A DNA stretch of 64,000 nucleotides from Chiloscyllium plagiosum (Eukaryota), in contig NC_057750.1 of assembly GCF_004010195.1 (NCBI RefSeq), forward strand, positions 4,040,382 through 4,104,381. Reading direction: 5' to 3'. Shown in pieces: positions 1-11,595 of this stretch (its first letter is position 1; the number at the start of each line of letters is the position of its first letter). The notes beneath the pieces are model-generated. The model was not told where the DNA came from and did no database searches. It was given only the letters and a program-made list of their open reading frames with translations. Position numbers and translations under genes: made by a program.

Positions 1-236
1 GTGATAGGTGGAAAGAGGTCAAGGTGAGGGTGATAGGTCAGACTGGGGTGGGGGCGGAGAGGTCAGGAAGAAGATTGCAGGTTGGGAAGGCGGTGCTGAG
101 TTCGAGGGATTTGACTGAGACAAGGTGGGGGGAGGGGAAATGAGGAAACTGGAGAAATTGGAGTTCATCCCTTGTGGTTGGAGGGTTCCCAGGCAGAAGA
201 TGAGGCGCTCTTCCTCCAACCTTCGTGTTGCCATGG
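1..236 (-). mobile_element. Penelope-like element (Neptune-like) 3' fragment: GIY-YIG C-terminus plus CT-rich tail
   Basis: ORF 19..234 reads ATRRLEEERLIFCLGTLQPQGMNSNFSSF, the same peptide as the copy at 4900-5440; followed by a pyrimidine-rich tail on the minus strand. Confidence 0.8.
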
Positions 237-397
237 TAATCTGAGCTAACCCTCTTCGCTGTCCACTATACCTCCAACTTTGGTGTCATCTGCAAACTTA
301 CTAACTGTACCTCTTATGCTCGCATCCAAATCATTTATGTAAATGACAAAAAGTAGAGGGCCCAGCACCAATCCTTGTGGCACTCCACTGGTCACAG

Positions 398-423
398 NNN
401 NNNNNNNNNNNNNNNNNNNNNNN
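398..423. other. Assembly gap (26 N)
   Basis: Run of n at 398-423. Confidence 0.99.
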
Positions 424-640
424 CTGTCTTCTACCTTTGAGCCAGTTCTGTATCCAAATGGCTAGTTCTCCCTGTATTCCATGAGATCTAAGCTAATCAG
501 TCTCCCATGGGGAACCTTGTCGAATGCCTTACTGATCACATCTACTGCTCTGCCCTCATCAATCTTCTTTGTTACTTCTTCAAAAAACTCAATCAAGTTT
601 GTGAGACATGATTTCCCATGCACAAAGCCATGTTGACTAT

Positions 641-731
641 TCCTGATGAAGGGCTCCTGCCCGATACACCAATTTTCCTGCTCCTCGGATGCTGCCTGAC
701 CTGCTGTGCCTTCCCAACACCACTCTAATCT
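641..731 (+). mobile_element. Mini-insertion of a Penelope-like 3' end with a degenerate hammerhead motif, inside CR1
   Basis: tcCTGATGAagggctcctgcccGATAc...ggatgctgcctgacctgctgtg. The GAAA core is mutated to GATA. Flanks tattcctgat / tatccctgat resemble a duplicated target. Confidence 0.8.
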
Positions 732-3404
732 TATCCCTGATCAATCCTTGTCTTTCCAAATACATGTATATCCTGTCCTTCAGGATTCCCCCCAAAACCT
801 TGCCCATCACCGACGTCAGGCTCACCGGTCTATAGTTCCCTGGCTTGTCCTTACCACCTTTCTCAAACAGTGGCACCATATTAGCCATTCTCCAGTCTTC
901 CGACACCTCACCTGTGATTGTCGATGATATAAATATCCCAGTGATCAGTTCCCTAGCTTCCCACAGAGTTCTAGGGTACATCTGATCCGGTCCTGGGGAC
1001 TTATCTACCTTCATCCAGCACTTCCTCCTCTGTAATATGGACATTTTGCAAGATGTCACCATCTATTTCCCTACATTCTATATCTTACATGTCCTTTTCC
1101 ACAGTAAACACTGATGCAAAATACTCGTTTAGTATCTCTCCCATTTTCTGCGGCTCCACACAAAGGCCGCCTTGCTGATCTTTGAGGGGCCCTATTCTCT
1201 CCATAGTTACCCTTTTGTCCTTAATGTATTTGTAAAAACTCTTTGGATTCTCCTTAACTCTATTTACCAAAGCTATCTCATGTCTCCTTTTTGCCCTCCT
1301 GATTACCCTCTTAAGTATACTCCTACTGCCTTTATACTCTTCAATGGATTCACCCGATCTATCCTGTCTATACCTGACATATGCTTCCTTCTTTTTCTGA
1401 ACCAAACCCTCAATTTCTTTAGTCATCCAGCATTCTCTAAACCTACCAGCCTTTTCTTTCACCCTCAAGGAATACACTGTCTCTGTACTCTCGTTATCTC
1501 ATTTCTGAAGGCTTCCCATTTTCCAGTCGTCCCTTTAACTGTTAACATCTGCCCCCAATCTGCTTTTGAAAGTTCTTGCCTAATAACGTCAAAATTGGCC
1601 TTCCTCCAATTTAGAATTTCAACTTTTATAGATCTGGTCTATCTTTTTCCATCACTATTTTAAAACGAATAGAATTATGGTCACTGGCCCCAAAGTGCTT
1701 CCCCACTGACTCCTCAGTCACCTGCCCTGCCTTATTTCCCAAGAGTAGGTGAAGCTTTGCACCTTCTCTAATAGGTACATCCACATACTGAATCAGAAAA
1801 TTGTCTTGCACATGCTTAACAAATTCTTCTCCATCTAAACCTTTAACACTATGGCAGTCCCAGTCTGTGTTTGGAATGTTAAAATCCCCCACCATAACCA
1901 CCCTATTATTCTTACAGATAACTGAGATCTCCATACAAATTTGTTTCTCAATTTCCCGCTGACTATTAGGGGGTCCATAATACAATCCCAATAAGGTGAC
2001 CATCACTTCTTATTTCTTAATTCCACCCAAATAACTTCCCTGGATGTATTTCCGGGAATATTCTCCCTCAGTACAGCAGTAATGCTATTCCTTATCAAAA
2101 ATCCTGCCCATCCCTGAGCCATGTTTCTGTAATTGCTATGATATCCCAGTCCCATGTTCCTAACCAAGCCCTGAGTTCATCTGCCTTCCCTGTTAGGCCT
2201 CTTGCATTGAAATAAATGCAGTTTAATTTATCAGTCCTACCTTGTTCTCTGCTTTGTCCCTGTCTGTCCTGACTGTTTGACTCACTTCCTTTTCTGAACT
2301 GTACCAGTTTCAGATTGATCTCTTTCCTCACTATATCCCTGGGTCCCACACCCCTCACCTTATTAGTTTAAATCCTCCCTCACAGCTCTAGCAAATCTCC
2401 CTGTCAGTATATTAGTCCTCTTCCAAATCAGGTGCAATCCGTCCTTCTTATACAGGTCACCTTTACCCCAGAAGAGATTCCAATGATCCTAAAATGTGAA
2501 TCCTTCTCCCACTCACTAGCTCCTCAGCCATGCATTCACCTGCTCTATCCTGCTATTTCTACCCTCATTAGCTCATAGTACTGGGAGTAATCCAGGTATT
2601 ACTACTCTCGAGGACCTTTTAAAATTCCCACCTAACTCTCTATATTCTCCCTTCAGAATCTCAAACTTTTCCCTTCCTATATCATTGGTTCCAATGTGTA
2701 CAATGACCTCCTGCTGAGCCCTCTCCCCCTTGAGAACATTCTGCACACTATCTGAGACATCTTTGATCCTGGCACCAGGGAGGCAACACAACGTCGTAAT
2801 GTTTTGCTGCTGGCCACAGAAATGTCTGTCTGTGCCTCGAACAAGAGAGTCCCCTAACACAATCAATCTCTTGGAACCTGATGTATTCCTCATTGCATTA
2901 AAGCCGGTTTCCACCCCAGAAACTTGGCTGTTCGGGCTACATTCCCCTGAGAATCCATCACCCCCTATATTTTCCAAAACAGCATACTTGTTTGAAATGG
3001 GGATAGCCACAGAATGGAGATAGGCACTACCTGCCTACCTCTCTTACCTTTTCTGGAGTTAGCCCATCTCTTTGACTGTATCTGCGACTTTTCCCCCTTC
3101 CTGTAACTGTTATCCATCCCACTCCCATGCTCTTGTAAATTCCTCATTGCCTCTAACTGTCATTCCAACTGATCCGTTCGATCTGATAGGATTCGCAATC
3201 AATGGCATTTATTGCCGATATAATCTTCAGTAACCCATAAACTCTCCCTAAACTCCCACATCCGATAAGAAGAGCATATCACTCTACTAAGGGCCATTTT
3301 TGCTTCTTCCAATCCGCAGACCCAGAAAATAGCACTGTCAACTTAATACTTATGGGTTATATTTTTAAGTTTAATCAAGAGACATATCTCAATAAAACAT
3401 ATAG

Positions 3405-4075
3405 CTCCTTGAAAGTGGAATCATAGGGAGATAGGATAGTGAAGACGGTGTTTGGTATGCTTTCCTTTATTGGTCAAATTATTGAGTACCGGAATTGGAA
3501 GGTCATGTTGCGGCTGTACAGGACGTTGGTTAGGCCACTGTTAGAATATTGCGTGCAATTCTGGTCTCCTTCCTATTGGAAAGATGTTGTGAAAATTGAA
3601 AAGGTTCAGAAAAGATTTGCAAGGATGTTGCCAGAGTTGGAAGATTTGAGCTATCGGGAGAGGCTGAACAGGCTGGGGCTGTTTTCCCTGGAGCGTCAGA
3701 GGCTGAGGGGTGGCTTTACAAAATTATGAGGGGCATGGATAGAGTCAATAGGCAAAATCTTTTCCCTGGGGTCAGGAAGTCCAGAATTAAAGGGCATAGG
3801 TTTAGGGTGAGGGGGGAAAAATATAAATAAGACCTAAGGGGCAATATTTTCACACAGAAAGTGGTACGTGTATGGAATGAGCTGCCAGAGGAAGTGGTGG
3901 AGGCTGGAACAATTGCAACATTTCAGAGGCATTTGGATGGGTATATGAATAGGAAGGGTTTGGAGGGATATTGGCCGGGTGCTAGCAGGTGAGACTAGAT
4001 TGGATTGGGATATGTGGTCGGCATGGACAGGTTGGACCGAAGGGTCTGTTTCCATGCTGTATATCTCTATGACTC
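3405..4075 (+). mobile_element. CR1 LINE 3' fragment nested in the 5' UTR of the minus-strand CR1
   Basis: LYRTLVRPLLEYCVQFWSP...LSYRERLNRLGLFSLERQRLRG (ORF 3439..3729) followed by the typical CR1 3' UTR ending gctgtatatctctatgact. Confidence 0.9.
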
Positions 4076-4549
4076 CATTAATCCACTCTACTCACTACTG
4101 CAGACTTACAGCAAGGCCCCAATTAAAACTATTCACTTATCTGCCTCTGTTCTGTGACTTCTTCCAAATAGGTTCCTCCAAGATCAGTTGTGATTTTACC
4201 TTTTGTTAATTTTCCCACACACACTCCGATGTCCAGTGTTACCTAAATTTAACAGCTAAGGCAGTAACTGTGCAGGTCCACTGCTGTGTCAGTTAGCAGT
4301 GTGGGTCTCTTTCTCTCTCTCCCTCCTGCACAGACCATGTGCTTCCTTTGTCTGTTCTTCTCCCTTTTAAAATGCTGTTGTTCTGACTTTTTTTTTCTCC
4401 AAAGTTCCAAAACAATGCAACAGCATATAAAACAGTAATTGCTGCTCCTGGAATTCGAGGAAATCACTTGCAACACCAAAAATACCTCAAAAAAGAGCAG
4501 TCTGTTAGAGCCATGAATTTTTCCCGTCCTCCATCTTGGATTACCCAGA

Positions 4550-4890
4550 TCTCCCAGCTCAGCTTTTCTCTGGTTTGGTTTTAGAAATCTGGCTGTTCAC
4601 TGAAAGCTGTCAGTCAGTTGTAAAGCTGTTGGACTCAAAGAGACAGGTCCACGCTAATCCTCTCTCTCTGACATCTCTCCTGTAAGAACCTGTGTTTGAT
4701 TTTCCCTTCTTATGCCAAGGGGTGTTTGTGGGGATTGTTGCAGGAATTTCACACTTAATTTGGGATAATCTGTTGGGTTTTTGGATAGGTTAAGTTATTC
4801 GGTATTCTATTCTCTTTTGTTTGTGTTTCGTACAGTAATCTTGTTAATAAATTCGGTTTTGTTTGACCAGCTGCACCTCTCCTAGAATAA
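4550..4890 (+). mobile_element. Probable LTR fragment
   Basis: Resembles the solo LTR at 6270-8160 read on the opposite strand; AATAAA near 4846 followed by a T-rich tract; ends not resolved. Confidence 0.4.
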
Positions 4891-4899
4891 CTAGCAAAG

Positions 4900-5440
4900 G
4901 TAGATGCCTACTTGCAGAGCGCTTCAGAGAACATCTACGAGACACCCGTACCAATCAACCCCACCAACCCGTGGCTAAACATTTCAACTCCCCCTCCCAC
5001 TCTGCTGAGGACACGCAGGTCCTGGGCCTCCTCCATCGCCACTCCCTTATCATCTGATGCCTGGAGGAAGAATGCCTCATCTTCCGCCTCAGAACCCTTC
5101 AACCCCAGGGTGTCAATGTGGACTTCACCAGTTTCTTCATTTCCCCTCACCCCAGTTCTAACCTTCCAGCTCAGCACCACCCTCAGGACCTGTCCCACCT
5201 GTCAATCTTCCTTCCCACCCATCCACTCCACCCTCCTCTCCGACCTATCACCTTCATCCCCACCTCCATTCACCTATTGTACTCTCAGCTACCTTCCCCC
5301 CAGCTCCACTCCCCTCCCATTTATCTCTCCACCCTCGAGGCTCCCACCCTCATTCCTAATGAAGGGCTTTTGCCTGAAACGTCGATTTTCCTGCTCCTTG
5401 GATGCTGCCTGACCTGTTGTGTTTTTCCAGCACTACTCTA
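4900..5440 (+). mobile_element. Penelope-like element (Neptune-like) 3' part with degenerate hammerhead motif
   Basis: LAERFREHLRDTRTNQPHQPVAKHFNSPSHS...QVLGLLH (GIY-YIG C-terminal half), CT-rich tail, then cCTAATGAagggcttttgcctGAAACGTCg near 5355. Confidence 0.85.
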
Positions 5441-5609
5441 GTTTTGACACTAGCAAAGTTAGAGTCTGGGCTACTTTCTGAAATGTTTTGAGGGGGTCTG
5501 GCCTGGTCCATAACACTATTGAAATGTTGTAATGAAGATATCAGGGGTGATTGGGGATGAGTAATAAATGCTGGTCTTGCTGCTGATGCCCCTATCCCAT
5601 GAAAGCTTA

Positions 5610-5880
5610 AAATATGCAGCAGCCAATTTGCACACAGCAAGCTCCTATGCACAGCACTAGGCTGATCACCAGTTCCATTGGTGTTGTGATTGAGGAATAC
5701 ACATTACACATCTGGAATCTTTTACATTCACCTGAGAAGGAAGACACGGCTTCAGTTTGACATCTCATCTGAAAGATCTTTTACAAAGCAGCCTAGACTT
5801 GTTTGCCCGTAAAAGTGATTTGAAGCCACAATTCCCAACATAGAGGTGTGTGTGCTACCAATGGAGCCACAGCTGACATA
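5610..5880 (-). mobile_element. Old Deu-domain SINE (SacSINE1/AmnSINE-like), degenerate
   Basis: Reverse complement contains tttcagatgagatgtcaaactgaagccgtgtcttccttctcaggtgaatgtaaaaagattcc, resembling the DeuSINE central domain. Confidence 0.6.
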
Positions 5881-6269
5881 GTAATACTTTCAAATATTGA
5901 ACTAAACATCCACACTTATCTGGTGTACAGCCATCATAGAATCACAGGATGAAGCAGCACAGAAAAAGTTAAGTTGGCCCATCATATATGTGCTGACTCT
6001 TTGAGCGACCTCTCCAATTAGCCCCAATCCAGCTGCTCCTTTCTCATAGCTCTGAACACTTTCCTCTTCATTTATCCAATTACCTTTTGAAATGTATTTT
6101 TGAATTTGTTTCCATTGACCTTTCATGCAGCATATTCCAGGTCACATCATCTTGTAAAGAAAAAGCTCTTTTTGTCTACCATCTGATTCTTTTACCAATT
6201 GTCTTCAGTCTTCTCCTCTTTAATCCTCCTGCTAGCAGAACCAATTTTCTTTTAATTATCATAACAAAG

Positions 6270-8160
6270 TGCTCTGGACCAGACCAGACCACCTCAAAAT
6301 ATATTAAGATGGTCACCTGGACCCTAATGTTTTCTAATTTTTAAGGTAAATATTAGTTGCCGCATTTTAGGTGCAATTCAGTTTGTCAAACCGCTCAACA
6401 TTAAAGCAAAACACAATTCATTGAAACACTGTAGTTTCAATACAACAAAAGGAAGAAGAACCTGTAATAACTTAACTCTATGGGAAAGCTTAACAGAAAA
6501 AAAACTATTACTGATTAACTGTACCAACATAGAACATAGAACATAGAACTAAATAGCGCTGAACAGGCCCTTCGGCCCTCGATGTTGCGCCGACCTGTGA
6601 ACTATTCTCAGCTCGTCCCCCTACACTATCCCAAAATCATCCATGAGCTTATCGAAGGATTGTTTATATCTCCCTAATGTGGCTGAGTTGACTACATTGG
6701 CAGGTAGGGCATTCCATGTCCTTACCACTCTCTGCGTAAAGAACCTGCCTCTGATATCGGCCTTAAATCTACCACCCCTCAATTTGTAGCTATGCCCCCT
6801 CATACACACTGATGTCATCATCCTAGGAAAAAGACTTTCACTGCCTACCCTATCTAATCCTCTGATCATATTGTATGTCTCTATCAAAACCCCTCTTCGC
6901 CTTCTTCTTGCTAATGAGAACAGGTTAAAGTCTCTCAGCCTTTCCTCATAAGACCTTCCCTCTAGACCAGGCAATATCCTGATAAATCTCCTTTTCCAAT
7001 GCTTCCATGTCCTTCCCGAAATATGGCGACCAGAATTGTACACAATATTCCAAGTGTAGCCGCACCAGCATTTTGTATAGTTGCAGCATGATATTGCGGC
7101 TCCGGAACTCAATCCCTCTATGAATGAAACCTAACACTTCATATGCCTTCTTAACAGCACTATCCACCTGGGTGGCAACTTTCAGGGATCTATGTACATG
7201 GACTCCAAGATTCACACTACTAAGAATCTTTCCATCGACCCAGCACTCTGCTTTCCTGTTATGCTTCCCAAAGTGCATCACCTCACATTTAGCTCCATTT
7301 GCCGCCTCTCAGCTCAATCCTGCAGTTTATCCAAGTCTCCCTGCAACCTGTAACATTCTTCCACACTGTCCACTACTCCACTGACTTTAGTGTCATCTGC
7401 AAATTTACTAATCCATCCAACTATGCCTACGTCTGAGTCATTTATAAAAATGACCAACAGCAGCGGTCTCAAAACAGATCCTTGTGGCACACCACTAGTA
7501 ACCGGACTCCAGGTTGAATATTTTCCATCAACCACCACTCGCTGCCTTCTTTGAGAAAGCCAGTTTCTAATCCAAACTGCTAAATCGCCCTCAATTCCAT
7601 GCCTCTGCATTTTCTCCAACAGCCTACCATCTGGAACCTTATCAAAAGCTTTACTGAAGTCCATGTATACCACGTCAACTGCCCTATCCTCATCTACATG
7701 CTTGGTTACCTTCTCAAAGAAATCAATGAGGTTTGTGAGACACGACCTGCCCTTGACGAAACCATGTTGACTATCTGAAATCAAATTGTTGCTTGAAACA
7801 TCCCATAAACACACCCTTGTCAAAAGGTAAATTCAGAAAACAGATTTTGGCTCAAACAATCCAGCAGACCAGGAGGAGAACCCCCAGCATTTGACTCTAT
7901 TCGAGAGAGGGAGATATAGTTCCACTTCTCCAAGACCCAAACAGCAACTACTGCTGAAAACTAAAAATCCCTGGTTCTGTGAGCGGGAGCTTGACCACAT
8001 CTATTCAGGCTGCTTCTGTTGTTCCAGCTTTTGAAAAACAAAACACCCAAGGCTTCACAAGTTGCTTATAATCTCACAGTCTGCTCAGTGCCTGTCCCCC
8101 AATCTGTCTTTAAAAGAAATCAGGACAAAACACAACTCTTAAAGCCACAGCATTGTCACA
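6270..8160 (-). mobile_element. Solo LTR (~620 bp without the nested CR1), TG...CA termini, 4-bp TSD AAAG
   Basis: Starts tg at 6270 and ends ca at 8160; aaag at 6266-6269 and 8161-8164. Strand inferred from a degenerate polyA signal. Confidence 0.7.
6526..7795 (-). mobile_element. 5'-truncated CR1 LINE (RT C-terminal half and 3' UTR) inserted in the solo LTR
   Basis: QHGFVKGRSCLTNL...YMDFSKAFDKV...SGVPQGSVL...SKFADDTK (ORF 7314..7823); (aacatag)n tail at 6526. Confidence 0.93.
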
Positions 8161-8554
8161 AAAGCCACTCCTAATTTAGAACATTATTAAAGTTCCCTTG
8201 ACCCTCTCTGCTCTAAAATATTAGCCTCAGCTTCTCCAGTCTTTCACTGATGAAGTTTTGTATCCTTGTACTGTTGTAGTAAATCTCCCTCTGCTCCTTC
8301 TTCAAGGTAAAGTCTTCTCAATAGCAGTTTGACCAGCAGACACCTGACTGTGATCATATATAACTAATCTCAAGGTACCTTATTGTAACAATTGGGAAGG
8401 CAGTGGTGTAATGGTAATGGCAATGAACTAGTAATCCCATGACCCAGGCTATTGCTCTTGGGACATTGGCTCAAATCTCACCAAGGCAGCTGATGAAATT
8501 CACTTAACTTCTCATTAATTCAGGGCATGCATTCTGTCCAACATTTATTGCCCA

Positions 8555-8898
8555 GGGTGGCACAGTGGTTAGCACTGCTGCCTCACAGCGCCAGGGACCC
8601 AGGTTCGATTCCAGCCTCAGGCGACTCTCTATGTGGAGTTTGCACATTCTTCCCGTGTCTGCATGGGTTTCTTCCGGGTGCTCCAATTTCCTCCGACAAT
8701 CCAAAGATGTGCAGGTTAGATGAATTGGCCGTGCTAAATTGCCCATAGTGTTCAGGATGTGTAGGTTAGGTGCATTAGTTAGGGGTAAATGTAAAATAAT
8801 ATGGTAGGGGAGTGGGTCTGGGTGAGTTGCTCTTCGGAGGGTTGGTGTGGACTTGTTGGACCGAAGGGCCCGTTTCCACACTGTAGTGATTCTATGAT
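8555..8898 (+). mobile_element. HE1-type V-SINE
   Basis: tRNA-like head (tggcacagtggttagc...ggttcgattcc), V-domain (gtgtggagtttgcacattct...gggtttc...tccaaagatgtgcagg), CR1-like tail. Confidence 0.92.
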
Positions 8899-9296
8899 CC
8901 CTTCAGGCCCTTGCGAAGGTGGTGGTAAACTGCCTTCTTGAACCTCTGCAGTCCAAAGATTATGGAATTAAAAACTAGTCTCCGTGATGCTGACTATGAA
9001 ACTAATAACAATTGTTGTAAAACCCCATCTGTTTCACAAATTTTCTTAAGGGAATGAAATCTTCCATCCTTATCTGGTCAGACCTACATGACTCCAAACC
9101 TGCAGCATGTGGTTGAGTCTGAAATGGTCCGAGCAAGCCACCCGGATCATTGGCATTTAGGAATGGACAACAAATACTGGCCTTGCCAGTGACACCCATA
9201 TCCTCAGTTTGTAATTTCTGAGATGATGTAATTTTTAAGTCACTTAATATCTGTTGGTCTGTTGAAGATAATCTGCTGAGCTTATTGCTTGAGTAC

Positions 9297-9532
9297 CTGG
9301 AAATGATAGGCTGCTTGTCCTGGATGTACTGACACTGTCATCATGTTCCATGTGGCTGGGTTTAACAGATGAGGCTGCACCATCGACGTGAAGGCCTGGA
9401 TCATCATCATCCAGCAGAATTGAGATCATCAAATGAGTCCCCTGTACATCACCAGTCCTAATGCTCTCTGTTCTCGATGCACAATTGGGAACTGGTGAAT
9501 GCTGTGACATGACCTTCAATATAGGCCCATCT
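9297..9532 (-). CDS. Candidate internal coding exon of an unidentified minus-strand gene
   Basis: Acceptor tttttcag| and donor CAG|gtactc bracket 236 nt of non-repeat sequence open in one frame (DGPILKVMSQHSP...SVSTSRTSSLSFP). No recognisable homology; weak donor. Confidence 0.3.
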
Positions 9533-10189
9533 CTGAAAAACATTCAGACAGTGTGAGGTGAAAAGGTTACGGAATATCGGGAGCAAACATCAGATGAAAG
9601 TGCGAGCATATCCTAATACGAAATGTATACAGACTATCCGGCCAAGTGACCTGTTTCTGAGCTGTAAACTCTATTTAATTCAATTGGATTAACAGCAGAG
9701 GCACAGGCCATTTCGCCCATCTGCTCATTCTAGTGTTTCTAATTTACATGAACCTTCTCCCACCCCTTCTTAATCTCACTCTATTATCATCTCATCAAAC
9801 ATGTAAGAGGCACTTAGAAAGACACACGAACAGGCAGGGAATAGCGGGATATGAACCATATTGTAGATGGTATTATTTGAGAATGGCATCATGGTTAGTA
9901 CAGACATGGTGGGCCATGGGGCCTCTTCCTATGATGTACTGTTCTTTTTTCCCTATCTTTCTACCTAGCTACCTAATATTTCATCATTCTACTCCTTTCT
10001 CTCCAGTGTGTTTGTTTGGCTTCTACTTAAAAGCACAATAGAATTCACAGTAACCACTCCCCACATTTGACATTCTCCCCACTCTCTTGGTAAAGATATC
10101 TTCTGAATTCCCAGCTAGATTTATTAATGACTAAACTCATGACTAACTATTCTGGTATCCCCCCAAAATGGAAAGCTATGAGCTCAATC

Positions 10190-10470
10190 AGGCCAGCCCT
10201 CAGCCTTGTATAGTAGAAATATAACAAATATTTCAGTGATATTCCATCCAGTTTTCTCTCCCACTTCCCTGAATCCAATGAATTGCACTGGATACCTGTC
10301 TTCATCTATCTCCACTTCACCAGCCTGCCCCACCACCCCCTTTAATCTGGAGCTCCCCCTACACACACCCTCAAACCTGAAGAAGGGTTACACCCAAAAC
10401 ATCAACTTCGCCACCTCCTGATGGTGCCTGGCTTGCTTGCTGTGCTCTTCCAGCCTCCTGCCTGTCTATT
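10190..10470 (+). mobile_element. Old Penelope-like 3' fragment with decayed hammerhead motif
   Basis: cCTGAAGAagggttacacccAAAACATCa (CpG-decayed GAAACGTC) followed by a tail similar to the other copies. Confidence 0.6.
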
Positions 10471-11595
10471 TTAGTTCAGGTGGCAGAATCTGACTAGTAG
10501 GTCACCACCTCTGAGTCTACTGCCCAGAAACAGGACACTTGGACACTGTGCCTCCAGAGGGATGTTCTGCTGTAGACTAGAGTCTGACACATGACTGCAG
10601 ATATGGACAGGCAACTGCAAATATAGCCCTTCCCTCACACTTTGTGATGACAGGAATGTACTGAAGAAACACTCTTTATGTCTCCTTCTCATGTTCCTCA
10701 GTCTTCAGATCTTCTGGGATAGACAAGTGTGAAATTCCTCTCCCACACTAAACCCACCACCCCAGCCAACCTCCGTCCATGCTGGTACTGAGGCTGATGA
10801 TGTCTTAACGAAACATATGCCATCATCCCATTGTTACATGGGATGACTAAAAGGGGGGGAGACGGTGAGACGGTGGAGGAGAGGGGAGTCTCAGCAATAG
10901 AAACCCAGATCCTTAAACTCACGAGTTGCTCACTCTGCTTTCTCAGATCTTAGCACAGAGCAGAAGCAAACACAAACACAGTGGTATAAGTCACAAGTTT
11001 GGAAGGTTCAGTCTAAGGAGCGTTGGAATGCTGCAGCAGTGCATCTTGTAGATGGTACATACTGCTACTGAACTTTGGTGATGGAGGAAGTGAATGTTGA
11101 AAGTGGTGAATGGTGCCTCAACGAAAGGGCTGCTTTGTCCTGGAATGCATAATCTATAGATAGAGCTTAAATCTCACCAGGGAAGCTAGGGAATTTACAT
11201 TCAATTGATGAAATAAATCTGGAATAAAATGGTTGGTATCAATAACGCTGGCCATGACATCACCTGATTGTTTCTTAAGGAAGGAAATCTGCTGTCTTCA
11301 ACACAGAGCAATGGCAAAACTGGCACAGTTCAAGAAAACAACTCACCACCATCTTCTCAACAGCAATGGGTTTCGGGCAATAAATACTGAGATAATGTAT
11401 AGTGAAGGTATGCACACATTGCCACTGGGTACGGTGGAAGTTCTAAGGAGTTCCAGGAAAGCCGTTTGATTTGGAGGCGATAATTTTCTGATGAAATTTC
11501 TGCCCTATTCTTTCAAGTAGAAGTGTTAGTTCTTTGTTTATGAATTGTTGAGTTGCACAGTGATGAAATACTTATTTTTGTTTGGATCCCTTTTG

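Larger units (their letters stand above)
250..4547 (-). mobile_element. Long degenerate CR1 LINE (5' UTR, ORF1 with esterase-like domain, ORF2 endonuclease-RT), interrupted by two insertions and an N gap
   Basis: ORF1 starts MALSRVICSS at ATG 3297 and contains IVLGDSLVRG...CLPGARIKDV...VHIGTNDIG (SGNH/GDSL esterase-like). ORF2 contains YFNARGL...IAITETWL, VMVGDFN...SDHNSI (APE endonuclease) and KSPGPD...PGNYRPVSLTS (RT). Many stops, frameshifts and deletions. Confidence 0.9.

Noticed and set aside
10823..10846. 9-bp hairpin tcatcccat/atgggatga
   Set aside because: Too short for a pre-miRNA and expected by chance in 64 kb.
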